A DNA stretch of 64,000 bases from an uncultured Spirochaetota bacterium (GCA_963845535.1 CAWJSK010000012.1:448001-512000), one strand, 5' to 3'; positions 28,550 to 38,700 are shown, numbered from the stretch's first letter. Numbers and translations: made by a program. Notes: generated by a model from the letters alone, not told the origin.

Positions 28550-30154
28550 TTGCGTGATCAGACCAATTTCCGCGGGGGAATCCCCGCGGTTTCGATATCG
28601 GGCGGGGCGGAGGCAGGACAGTCAGGGTACCACTGGCTAGCGCCGGTTCTCGTTGCCCTCGTCGGGGCATTCATGTCCATCCTGGATACGAGCATCGTCA
28701 ACGTGGCGACTCCGACCATGATGAACGTCTTCAACGCCGACCCCAGCTCCATCCAGTGGGTGTCGACGATCTACATGCTGGCCCTGGGCGTTGTGATTCC
28801 GCTCTCGGGCTGGCTTGGCGACCTCCTGGGGTTCAAGCGCCTGTACATCCTTTCGATGGCGGCTTTCGTGGCGGGATCTCTCCTGTGCGCCCTGGCGTGG
28901 GACCTCAACTCGCTGGTGGCCGCGCGGGTCATCCAGGCCATCGGCGGAGGGATGATCATGCCGACCACGATGGCCATGATCTACCGGATGGTGCCCCGGG
29001 ATAAGATCGGCTCGGGGATGGGGATATTCGGCATTGCCCTCCTGGTTGCCCCGGCAATCGGACCGACACTCGGAGGGTACCTGGTGGAGTACGTGGACTG
29101 GCGATGGATTTTCACCATCAACCTTCCCATCGGCGTGATCGGGATGCTGCTGGCGTTCTTCATTCTGCCGGAGTTCCAAAGCAAGCACCCCGGCAAGCTC
29201 GACATCGGCGGTGCCGTAACGTCAGCCGCCGCGCTGTTCTGTCTGCTCCTGGCCCTCACCAAGGGGGCGGACTGGGGATGGGCGGATGAGAGAACACTCC
29301 TTCTGTTTTGCGTGAGCTTCTTCTCCTTCGTGCTCTTCATCTACCTGGAGCTGACCTCGGACAACCCGCTTCTTGACCTGCGCGTTTTCCGGTATCCAAG
29401 CTTCACCCTGGCCAACCTCACGATCATCGTCACCATGATCGGCTTGTTCTCCGGACTCTTTTTCCTGCCGCTTTTCCTCCAGAGCATCCGCGGAATTGGG
29501 GCGATGGAGACAGGGTTGCTGATGTTGCCAGGCGCCCTTGTCTCCGGCCTTATGATGCCGATCATCGGGAGGCTCTTCGACAAAATCGGAGCGCGGCCTC
29601 TCGTCATCCTGGGGCTTCTTCTCATGGCCTTCATCACGTTCCTTTTTAGAAACCTGAACCTTGCAACCGCCACCACAACGGTCATGCTCTGGACGATGTT
29701 CCGAGGACTGGTCATGCCGCTTGCCAACATGCCGGCCCAGACTGCGGCAATGGTGGACATTCCCACGGAGATGATCGGGCGGGCCTCCGCCATCACGAAC
29801 ATCATTGGGCGCGTGTCGAGCTCGTTCGGGATTGCCGTGCTGACCTCCATGCTGACCAAACGCCAGACCCTGCATGCCGCGCGGCTCGCCTGGGAAGTGA
29901 GCCCCGCCAATTCGACGGCCATGGGCTTCATTGCGCACGCAAGCGCCGCCATGGGAGGCGGAATACATGGCAAGAGCATGGCGCTTGCCTACCTCTGGGG
30001 CCTCGTCCAGAAAGCTTCCTTCGTGAGCGCCATAGACGACGTGTTCATCGTCACCGCGGTGTTCACCCTGATCGCACTGGTGCCCGCCGCCTTCCTCAAG
30101 AAGTCGAAGCCGGCCGTTGCCGGCCAGCGGCGAGAAGCGACAATGGGCGAGTAG
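28550..30154 (+). CDS. DHA2 (EmrB/QacA) MFS transporter
   Basis: LDTSIVNVA, GWLGDLLGFKR, APAIGPTLGG and WRWIFTINLPIG; about 14 hydrophobic segments. Confidence 0.92.
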   Translation: MRDQTNFRGGIPAVSISGGAEAGQSGYHWLAPVLVALVGAFMSILDTSIVNVATPTMMNVFNADPSSIQWVSTIYMLALGVVIPLSGWLGDLLGFKRLYILSMAAFVAGSLLCALAWDLNSLVAARVIQAIGGGMIMPTTMAMIYRMVPRDKIGSGMGIFGIALLVAPAIGPTLGGYLVEYVDWRWIFTINLPIGVIGMLLAFFILPEFQSKHPGKLDIGGAVTSAAALFCLLLALTKGADWGWADERTLLLFCVSFFSFVLFIYLELTSDNPLLDLRVFRYPSFTLANLTIIVTMIGLFSGLFFLPLFLQSIRGIGAMETGLLMLPGALVSGLMMPIIGRLFDKIGARPLVILGLLLMAFITFLFRNLNLATATTTVMLWTMFRGLVMPLANMPAQTAAMVDIPTEMIGRASAITNIIGRVSSSFGIAVLTSMLTKRQTLHAARLAWEVSPANSTAMGFIAHASAAMGGGIHGKSMALAYLWGLVQKASFVSAIDDVFIVTAVFTLIALVPAAFLKKSKPAVAGQRREATMGE

Positions 30155-30163
30155 CGGCCCAGC

Positions 30164-30961
30164 TTAGCCGTCCACCCTGAAAAGCCTTCGGACGATCTTC
30201 TCCACCGTCCCGTCCGGGAGGTGCTTGAGAAGGAAGCCCTGGAAGCGCGCGTTTCTTCCCACGGGGTAAAACGCGCGCGGCTTTTTTGTCGACAGAACGG
30301 AGAGGACCTTGCGAGCCACAATGGAGGGGTCAGGCGCGTCTTCGAGCGACCGGTCCCTCACCTCTTTGACGCGCAGGAGCGCCGGCGTGTAGGGGGAACG
30401 GTTCGTGAAACGAAGGTCGAGCGGAATGGTGGTGTGAATGTCGAACGGCGCAATGACGGAAACCCATACGTCGTCCGCCATGACTTCCTGGCGGAGCCCG
30501 CGGGCCAGCGCCGTGAGCGCGGCTTTTGTCGCGGCGTAGACCGAGAGAAACGGAACGGGTGAGACGCCGGCGTACGAGCTTATGAAAATGATCCTGCCGC
30601 CGCGCCGCGCGCGCATCCCCGGAAGGAGGCCCTGCGTGAGCCTGACTGACCCCAGGAGGTTCTGCTCGAAAAGCCAGCGCATGGCCTCCACGGGCACTTC
30701 CTCAACCGGGCCAATCTGGCTTCCGCCGGCGTTGTTGACAAGAACGTCGACCTGCCCTGCGCGCGCAAGAAGCGACTCGATGCTTTTTTCATCAGCCAGG
30801 TCGAGCGGGAGATAGCGCACGCCTGGCGGCGTTTCATCCTCCGCCAGCAAGTCCGGATTACGAGCGGTCCCCAGGACCTCGTAACCGCGGGCGGCAAGGG
30901 CCGCGGCAATGGCGCGCCCTATTCCACGGGACGCTCCCGTGACGAGAGCCCTGGCTGTCAC
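30164..30961 (-). CDS. SDR oxidoreductase, candidate dehydrocapnine reductase (CapC-like)
   Basis: TGASRGIGR, NNAG and YAATK; starts 3 nt after the acyltransferase stop. Family is clear; the specific role comes from context only. Confidence 0.75.
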   Translation of the reverse strand: MTARALVTGASRGIGRAIAAALAARGYEVLGTARNPDLLAEDETPPGVRYLPLDLADEKSIESLLARAGQVDVLVNNAGGSQIGPVEEVPVEAMRWLFEQNLLGSVRLTQGLLPGMRARRGGRIIFISSYAGVSPVPFLSVYAATKAALTALARGLRQEVMADDVWVSVIAPFDIHTTIPLDLRFTNRSPYTPALLRVKEVRDRSLEDAPDPSIVARKVLSVLSTKKPRAFYPVGRNARFQGFLLKHLPDGTVEKIVRRLFRVDG

Positions 30962-30964
30962 CTC

Positions 30965-32206
30965 TTACCTGTTCACAAGGGAAGGCTTCTGCGAGAGATC
31001 CAGCTTGAGCTTGTCCCGCATTGCGCGGAATGCGTCAATGGTTTTCTTCACGTCTTCTTCACTGTGGGAAGCCGTGGGGATCATGCGGAAAAGCACCACC
31101 CCGGGCGGAACAACGGGGAACATCACCCCGGAGACGAACACACCAAACTCTTCCCGAAGAAAGGAGATCATCCCCATGGCGAACTTCTCATCCCCCGTGG
31201 GCACGTACACCGGCGTGATAGGGGACTCCGTCTCACCGATGTCGAACCCCAGGTCCGTGAGCCCTTCCTGGAGGATCTTCGCGATATGCCACATCCGCCG
31301 GCGCGGCTCGGGGTCCTGGACCAGCTCCAGCGCCTTCTCGATGGTCTTTACGTAGGTGAGCGGGAGCGCCTTGGCAAAGACGTTGGTGCGCGCGTTGTAA
31401 CGGATGTACTCCACCACGTCTTCCTCAGCCGCGGTCACCCCTCCAATTGCCGCAAACGCCTTCGCGAACGTGCCGAAGTACAGATCGATCCTGTCCTGGA
31501 CGCCGAGGTGCTCGCCAGTGCCCTGACCGGTGGCTCCCATGACACCGAAGGCGTGCGCGTCATCCACGAAGAGGCGCGCGTTGTACTTCTCCTTCAGGTC
31601 GCAGATCTCCGGCAGCTTTGCCAGGTTGCCCTTCATGCCGAAGACCCCCTCCGTGACGACAAGGATCCCTCCTTTGCGATCCTTGTTCGCCCCTTTGAGG
31701 TGGTACTCCAGGTCTTCCATATTGTTGTGCTTGAAAGGCCGAAACCGCCTGCCGGCGGAGGCGAGCACCGTGGCGTCGATCATGGAGGCATGAGAGAGGG
31801 AGTCGATGACCACCACGTCCTCTTTCCCGATGAGGGCGGATATGGTGCCAATGACTCCGAGGTAGCCGTAGTTGAAAAGGATTGCCGCGGGCTTCCCGCA
31901 GAAGGCGGCCAGCTTACGTTCCAGCTCGATGTGATGCTTCGTGTTGCCGGTGAGAAGCCGCGAACCCATGGGGGCATACGGGCCGAACTCCCGGGTGGCC
32001 TCGACTGCCGCGTCCTTCATTTCCGGGCGGCCGGCAATCCCGAGGTAGTTGTTGATGGCCCACATGATCACTTCCTTGCCCTGGAACCTCATGTGCGGGC
32101 CCGGTGTCCCCTCGAGGACCGGCTGGGTGAAATACATGTCCTTTGCAGCGCGGAAAGCTCCGAAATATCCGGAGTCCGTGCGGCACTTGTCGAAAAGGTC
32201 GGTCAT
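30965..32206 (-). CDS. capB: Alpha-oxoamine synthase, cysteate C-acyltransferase (CapB/SulA-like)
   Basis: LEGTPGPHMRFQGK..W..NNYLG, PMGSR, TEGVFGMKG, VDDAH, GTFAK (PLP Lys), RYNARTNVFAK and RMIPTASH; resembles Bacteroidota SulA/CapB as I recall them; ATGA overlap with the cysteate synthase gene. Confidence 0.82.
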   Translation of the reverse strand: MTDLFDKCRTDSGYFGAFRAAKDMYFTQPVLEGTPGPHMRFQGKEVIMWAINNYLGIAGRPEMKDAAVEATREFGPYAPMGSRLLTGNTKHHIELERKLAAFCGKPAAILFNYGYLGVIGTISALIGKEDVVVIDSLSHASMIDATVLASAGRRFRPFKHNNMEDLEYHLKGANKDRKGGILVVTEGVFGMKGNLAKLPEICDLKEKYNARLFVDDAHAFGVMGATGQGTGEHLGVQDRIDLYFGTFAKAFAAIGGVTAAEEDVVEYIRYNARTNVFAKALPLTYVKTIEKALELVQDPEPRRRMWHIAKILQEGLTDLGFDIGETESPITPVYVPTGDEKFAMGMISFLREEFGVFVSGVMFPVVPPGVVLFRMIPTASHSEEDVKKTIDAFRAMRDKLKLDLSQKPSLVNR

Positions 32207-33549
32207 CCAGCAGCCTCCATCAGCTCCCGGATGCGCGGCTCAGGCTCTTTGAGCCCGAGGTCAGCAAGCTGGAAGCGAACGTCGGGTGTGAGATGCTCGA
32301 TGTCACGGGAAGCCTCGAGCTTGCTCCTCCCCCCGCCGGTGATATTCAACGCCACGATGTCCTTCGGCCTGATCCTTCCCGCGGCGCGCGCCTGCAGAAG
32401 CGAGGCAACCGCCACTTCGGCCGCGGGGTCGATGTCGCAGCCTTCTGCCTGGGCGAACAGGTGCCCGGCCTTCGTTGACTCATCGTTTGTCACGCGGTAC
32501 ATGAATCCGCTGGTGTCACGGAGGGCATCATGGAGCCCGCCGGCAATCGTGTAGGGCGGGTTCCTGTTGGCCAGCACCTGCGCGCGGATGGCGCGGACCC
32601 TCTTTCGGGCGCCCGCCTCGTCGGAGCCCGCAATTGTCCGTGAACCGGCTTCCCAGGCGTCCGCCATGGGCGTGAAAGGGGCATTCTGCGCGAGGTGCAG
32701 CCGCGTCTTCCTGGCTCCGAACCGTCCGTCCTCGAGGAGGCGCTGGTTCATCTCCCATGCCGCAATTGCACCCGTCCCGCTGCCCACCGCCTGGAAGTAG
32801 TGATGGGGGATCTCGCCGGCTTTCTCCACCATGCTCAGCATTGCGGTTCCCATCCCGTCCCGGCGGGCCGCGTTCTTCGCTCCACCCTCTGAATAGTAGC
32901 CTTCCAGGTTGGCTATCCCGTTGCCGAGGGCAATGGCGTCGCTGTAATCCGCCTCTCCCTCGAGGACCGCCAGGCGCACGTGGGATTTCCGTCTCTCCAT
33001 GCTCCAGAGGAGGGAAAGAGAGCTGACGGGGACCACGACGAGAGCCGGCACGTCGTAGCGGGAGCACGCTTGGAGAAACGCGCGGGCCGTGTTTCCGGCT
33101 GAGGACACCACCAGGCGGGATGCCCAGTCCCTGGATACCCGACCGCACACCGCCTGGGCTTCCAGCTCCTTGAACGTGCAGGTCTCCATGAGCGCGCCCT
33201 TTTCGGGCCAGAAGCCGTTGAAAATGATGAAAAGGTTTTCCAGCCCGAGGGAAGGACCAAGCTTCGTGCTCCTGTACACGACGGGACCCGGCGCGCCCGC
33301 GAAGCTCCTCCGGATTGGCAGCCAGTCCGAGAAGCGGAAAACGCCGGTGCGCTCGGCGTGCACAACGAGTTTTTTCTGGCGATACACGGCTTTCAGGAGC
33401 GCGGGGGGATGCGGCTCGGGACAGGAGAGAAGGAACTCATCCGGGCAATCCTCGAACTGCCGGCCGCAGACCGGGCAAGCGAGGTGGTAGTGGTTTTCGG
33501 GAAACACGGCGGCCGCCCCCTTGGCATGGTCTCTCTGTCGTGCTTTCAT
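32203..33549 (-). CDS. capA: Cysteate synthase (threonine-synthase-like PLP enzyme, CapA-like)
   Basis: TCTFKELEA, SSAGNTARAF, EGGAKNAARRDGMGT, YFQAVGSGTGAIAAWE, VLANRNPPY and DPAAEVAVASL..LNITGGG; start uncertain (ATG 33549 or GTG about 33507). Confidence 0.9.
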   Translation of the reverse strand: MKARQRDHAKGAAAVFPENHYHLACPVCGRQFEDCPDEFLLSCPEPHPPALLKAVYRQKKLVVHAERTGVFRFSDWLPIRRSFAGAPGPVVYRSTKLGPSLGLENLFIIFNGFWPEKGALMETCTFKELEAQAVCGRVSRDWASRLVVSSAGNTARAFLQACSRYDVPALVVVPVSSLSLLWSMERRKSHVRLAVLEGEADYSDAIALGNGIANLEGYYSEGGAKNAARRDGMGTAMLSMVEKAGEIPHHYFQAVGSGTGAIAAWEMNQRLLEDGRFGARKTRLHLAQNAPFTPMADAWEAGSRTIAGSDEAGARKRVRAIRAQVLANRNPPYTIAGGLHDALRDTSGFMYRVTNDESTKAGHLFAQAEGCDIDPAAEVAVASLLQARAAGRIRPKDIVALNITGGGRSKLEASRDIEHLTPDVRFQLADLGLKEPEPRIRELMEAAG

Positions 33550-33727
33550 ACTGTCACGGCACAGACTGTTTTTCGCGCGCCCTTGTGTCAACAGGAACGG
33601 GGCGCAAGCCCTGAAAACCGGCCTCCGTGGGCTGTTTTTTCGGACGAATCGCGCTGCCGCGAGCGCGAAGAAAGGGAAAAACCGGATATTTGACCGCCGC
33701 ATCCGGTCTCTCTCCGGGGGAAAACGG

Positions 33728-34363
33728 GTGGAATACAACCGCAAGGAAACCCTCCTCAAAGTCGGCGAAAGGCTCTTTGCCCAGAACGGCTATCGGGACG
33801 TGAGCATCAAGGACATCACGAACGCGGCCGGGCTCGGCATGGGGAGCTTCTACACGTACTTCGACAGCAAAGAGGACTTCTACTCCGCCATCCTGGACGG
33901 CATCGAGCAGCGCGGCATGCGGGATATCGAGAAACGCGTCAACAGCTTCCGTTCACCGTTGTACCGGCTGAAGGCGCTCTTCCGCTACACCACCTTGAGC
34001 CTCAGGAAAAACGACATTCTTCGCGGGATTTACGGCCGGGAAAAACGCTTCATCTACCCGGGCCTCGAAGCGCGCGCCGCGGAGGGCAGCACGCTGTTCA
34101 AGCGCATCGAGACGCTGATCGAGGAGATCCTCGCGGAAGGCACCCGCAAGGGGGTCTTTCGGACAAGTCTTTTCAGGAACCCCAAGCGCATGCTCTTCGC
34201 GATCTTTACCACTCTTTCCCTGAACGCCCGTGACCAGTCCAGCGACTACCTCACGGATGATGTGATGATGCTGATCGAACGCGGCCTCAAGAGATGGCTG
34301 CGCTTCCGCAGGGCGGAGCGGCTGGATTTGCGCGCCCGGCGGGAAACACGACCGGAAGGCTGA
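33728..34363 (+). CDS. TetR/AcrR-family regulator, divergent from the cysteate operon
   Basis: LFAQNGYRDVSIKDITNAAGLGMGSFYTYFDSKE HTH; GTG start at 33728 with a G-rich RBS. Confidence 0.9.
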   Translation: MEYNRKETLLKVGERLFAQNGYRDVSIKDITNAAGLGMGSFYTYFDSKEDFYSAILDGIEQRGMRDIEKRVNSFRSPLYRLKALFRYTTLSLRKNDILRGIYGREKRFIYPGLEARAAEGSTLFKRIETLIEEILAEGTRKGVFRTSLFRNPKRMLFAIFTTLSLNARDQSSDYLTDDVMMLIERGLKRWLRFRRAERLDLRARRETRPEG

Positions 34364-34382
34364 TTCAAATATCCGCTGATTC

Positions 34383-35708
34383 CTATTGCAAAGCGTCCAT
34401 GTTCCGCCAGAGGCGCTGCGCTGCTTCGCGCGCCCTGGCGTAGGCGGCCGCGGCGTCCAGGCGGAAGCTGCGCCCTTCCATGACGATCTTGCCGTTCACG
34501 ATCACCGTGTGAACGTCCCGGCTTCCCATCCCGAACACGGCGTGGCCGGCCACGTTCTCCCGCACCAGGGGAGTCGGTGAATCATAGTCCAGGACCGTGA
34601 GGTCCGCCTTGTACCCTTTCTCCACCCGTCCGAAATTGTCACCGAACGACCGGTGGAGTATCTCGTTTCCATTTTGAAGGAACCGCGTGAACGCTCCCGG
34701 GGCAAGGGACCCGCCGGAGTCGCGGTGGCGGAAGTACGCGAACTTCACCTCCAGGAGCATGTCGGAGCCAATGCCGTCCGTTCCCAGCGCTACGTTCTTC
34801 ACGTGGGGAAGCTCGCCGTTGTAGCCGACGTGATTGTTCATATTGGAGCGGCAGTTGTGGGCAAGGAACGCGTCCCGGGAGTTCAGGACCTCCCTGTCCT
34901 CCTGGGTCAGGTACAGGCCGTGCGCAATGATGGACTTCTCATTGACGAGGCCGAACCCGTCCAGCCGTTTCAGGGCGTCCTTCCCGTGGAACCGGTGGGA
35001 ATAGGACGGGTCGAACCCGTCTTCCGCCACGTGGATGTGAAAACCCCTGCCCGCCTCCCGCACCACCTCGCCGAGCTTCCCCAGGGCATCATCACCGAGG
35101 GTGAACGGGGCGTGCCCGCCGATCAAGGCTTCCACGAGCCGGTCCTTCCCCTTGCCCTTCTTCTCCTCCTCCACGCTCCGGGCAAAGCTCCTGTTCTCCC
35201 GGATGCCCTGCTCCATCCCATGGGCCCCGTTCCTGTCCGTGGTCTCGTAGCAGAGCACACCGCGCAGTCCGACGTTCTCGAAGCATTCTTTCAGAGTCGA
35301 AAGAGATCCTTCTATAAAAGACGGCGACGCATGATGGTCAAAGACCGCCGTGCACCCCGCCTTCACCGCCTCCAGCGCGCAGACTGTGCCGCTGGCTTGC
35401 AGCACTTCCTTGTCGATGGCACGGTCCAGCCGCCACCAGAGGTTTGCCAGCGTGGAGACGAAATCCGGGCTTGCCGCAATACGGGCAATGATCCCGCGCG
35501 ACAGGCCTGAGTAGAAGTGATCATGGCTGCAGACCAGCCCGGGCATCAGCACCCGTCCGTCCAGGTCGATGGTCCGTTCAGCGCGCACCCCGGCGGCCAG
35601 CCCTTTCCCGACTCCTGATATCTCCGTGCCGTCTATCAGGACGTCGACGCCGCTCGTCACCTCCGCCGGGCTCAGATGCACCACCGTGGCATTCTTCAGC
35701 GCGATCAT
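34383..35708 (-). CDS. ssnA: SsnA-family amidohydrolase
   Basis: PGLVCSHDHFYSGLSRG, LWWRLDRA, DHHASP, CYETTDRNG, HAPFTL, HIHVAED and RSNMNNHVG; directly downstream of ygfK. Confidence 0.92.
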   Translation of the reverse strand: MIALKNATVVHLSPAEVTSGVDVLIDGTEISGVGKGLAAGVRAERTIDLDGRVLMPGLVCSHDHFYSGLSRGIIARIAASPDFVSTLANLWWRLDRAIDKEVLQASGTVCALEAVKAGCTAVFDHHASPSFIEGSLSTLKECFENVGLRGVLCYETTDRNGAHGMEQGIRENRSFARSVEEEKKGKGKDRLVEALIGGHAPFTLGDDALGKLGEVVREAGRGFHIHVAEDGFDPSYSHRFHGKDALKRLDGFGLVNEKSIIAHGLYLTQEDREVLNSRDAFLAHNCRSNMNNHVGYNGELPHVKNVALGTDGIGSDMLLEVKFAYFRHRDSGGSLAPGAFTRFLQNGNEILHRSFGDNFGRVEKGYKADLTVLDYDSPTPLVRENVAGHAVFGMGSRDVHTVIVNGKIVMEGRSFRLDAAAAYARAREAAQRLWRNMDALQ

Positions 35709-35718
35709 GGGTTTCTCC

Positions 35719-38700
35719 TCATGCGAACAGGTAGGGGTGGGATTTCACCACCGTCTGCATGACCGACCTCACCGACTCGTCACCGATATCAGCGGGAACG
35801 TTGCCGGCCCCATCCAGCGCGAACTCCCTCACCACTCCGCCCATGCGCAAGAGGCCGTGTGAGGCGTTGAGGAAGAAGCCCGGGTTCGTGCTCGTGCGCA
35901 GGTCCTCGGCGCTGGCAAAAATCGTGAGCTTGTCCCGGTACGGCCTGCCGTCCCAGGGACAGAACGTGGCGCAGTTGCCGCACTCGTTGCAGAAAGCATC
36001 GATATGGAGGATCTGCCACTCGTCGCGGAAACCGTTGGCCACCCGGATCATGGTGTTGGCCCGGTTGGGGCATACCTCCACGCACTTGGTGCACAGCGCG
36101 CGGCAGCCCAGGCACCTGCGGGACTCCGTGTCCCGTGTCTGCTCGTCATCCGCGGACGATGCGGTTGCCGCAATGAGCCTGTCCCGCCGTGCTCGAAGCA
36201 CCAGGGTGTCCTCCGGCGGCAGCTTCCCGTTCCTGTACTTGTTGCCGCCCTCCCTGGCGCAGATTGCATCCGCGGCCCTTCGGGCGGAGGCAATTGCCTT
36301 GACGATGGTTTCCGCCCCCTGGGCTGCGTCACCGATGATGAAGACCCCGTCAATCCTCGTCTCCTGCGTCGAAGGATCCACAACGGCATCCCCCGGGGAA
36401 ACGCCCATCCGTGACAACGTGTCCCTGTCTACGTCGACTCCGACAGCCGTGATGAGCGTGTCTGCCGCGAACGACTCGGTTTGCTTCCCCGCCACGGGGC
36501 GTGAACGACCGGACTCGTCCGGCGACCCCAGCTCCATGACCCGGCAGACCAGCTCGGTCCCCGGCCCGTTCAACCACCTCTCCGGGGCTCTCAGGAAGTG
36601 AAACAGGATCCCTTCTTCCCGGGCGGATTGGTACTCCTCAACGGAAGCAGGCATCTCTTTTTCCGTGCGTCGGTACAGGACCCGGACCTCTTTCACCCCT
36701 GCGCAGCGCTTGGCGGCCCGCGCGGCGTCCATCGCTGTGTCGCCGGCGCCCATGACGGCCACCGAGCTGCCGAGGGAGAGGCGTGAAGGGTCTTCGCGGA
36801 ACTGCCGAAGGAACGAGAGCACCGGGCGCGCCGCTGGGATTCCGATATCCTTGTCCGCCTGCGCGCCAACGCCCGCAAGAACGTAACGGTAGCCGTGAGC
36901 CCGCAGGTCAGCCACGGCCGGGATCCCCAGCTCGCCGAAGTGGAACTGGACCCCCTGGTCCCGCAGGAGGGTCACGTCTTTCTCGACTGCATCTGCCGGC
37001 ATGCGGAAGCTCGGAAGAAGGTAGCGAACCACGCCGCCCGGCTCCTCCTCCCGCTCGAAGACGTGCACCTCGAAACCTTCACGCGCAAGGAAGCAGGACA
37101 CGGCCAGGCCCGGCCCGGCGCCGATGATGGCGGCTTTCACACCGCGGCTCACGGCCCTCCGGGCCGCGGGGGTGCCGCTGCGCCGGAATGCCGTGTAGCC
37201 GCGCTCAGCCGCAATGCGCTTCATCTCGCGAATCCTCACCGCGCCTTCCCAGTCCATGCGGGTGCAGTTGCCCATGCACTGATGGTCGCACAGGTATCCC
37301 GTGATGAACGGCAGAGGGTTGCGCGCGTAGATGGCGTCGAACGCCTCTTCGAACCGGCCTTCCCCGGCAAGGTGAATGTATTCGGGAACGTCCTGGTGGA
37401 TGGGACACGTCACGAGACAGGGGGCCACGAAACAGTCGAAAAGCGGGAGCGCTCCCTCCACATGGACCTTGTCCGTCCCGCGGAAGTCCTTTCGGAAATG
37501 CTCGACCGTGCGCGCGGAATCCGCGGCGGCCATGGCCCTCTGCGGGTCAACCCGGGAGGCGCTCCACGTCTCGGCGTGCCTCTCGGTGATCTCCGCCATC
37601 TCCTTCAGGCGGGCGTACCCGCCCGGCTTCAGGAGGTCCGTGGCAAGGGTGAGAGGCCTGATGCCGGCGCCGAGCACCTCCGCGACGTTCCACGCCGAGA
37701 CGCCGCCGGAGAAAGACATGGGCAGCGCGCCGTCGAAATCAGAGGCAAGGGCTGCGGCAAGGCTCATGGTGAGCGGATAGAGGGCGCGTCCGGACATGTA
37801 CATCTCCTTGCCCGGAAGGACCCCCGTCACGTTCCCCGCTGCCAGTGTGTTGGACAGCTTGGCGCCGAAGTGCCTGCCCTTGCTGCCTCCCTGTCTCCAG
37901 GAGCCTCTTCAGCATGGGGACCGCCGCCGAGTACTGGAGGTCTTTCTCGAAGCCTTCCCGGTTCAGCGCGACGTACCCGTACCCGAGGCCGGACAGGGTC
38001 TCATGGACGCGGTCGAACCCCAGGAGAGTCGGGTTGAGCTTCACGAGCGTGTCGAGCTTCTTCTGCGTGAGCATGTACGAGCAGATGGACTCGATCTCAC
38101 CGGGCGGGCACCCGTGCATGGTGGACAGGGTGACCGACGCGCAGATCCGCGGGGAAATCCGCGACGGCAATGCCTTGAGCAACGCGGCGCGGTCCCGCCA
38201 GGGTGTGCCGGTAAGGAGGAGCGGATCAGCGGCCAGGTCCGCAAGCTCCTGAAGGTACCTCTGGAAGCTCTCCTCCCGGGAGGAGTCGATGAGCCGCCCG
38301 ATGAAACGGTCCATCTTCTCAGTCTTGATTCCCTCCAGGTCATACCCCACGCTCATGTTGAAGAGGAAAGACGGCGGCATGGTGTTGGCGCCGATCAGGG
38401 TGTCGAAGAGGTGCAGGACCACCCACGCTTTCAGGTACTCATCATACGCCTGGTCCAGGCTCAGCTCGGTTGACCATTCGACGTTGTACCCTTCGTCGGA
38501 GGCGTCGATGCAGGGCTTCTCCACGGTGAGAGAATCCAGCTTCTGGACGGTTTTCAGCTCGAAGTAACGCCCGCCGGCAAGCCACGCGGAAACGATGTTC
38601 TGCGCAAGCTGCGTGTGCGGTCCCGCGGCAGGTCCGATGGGGTTCTCCGCGCCGGAGGAGAAAATGGCCGCGCGTCGGGCCGCTTGCGGCCGCCAGAAAT

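Noticed and set aside
30965..32206. Acyltransferase as BioF, Kbl or serine palmitoyltransferase
   Set aside because: No bio or tdh genes nearby; it has the FAK rather than FS(A/T) motif and a SulA-like N-terminus. Not excluded without an assay.
32203..33549. Cysteate synthase as part of coenzyme M biosynthesis, or as plain threonine synthase
   Set aside because: No aminotransferase or sulfopyruvate decarboxylase nearby; motifs are cysteate-synthase-specific and the gene is coupled to a CapB-like acyltransferase.
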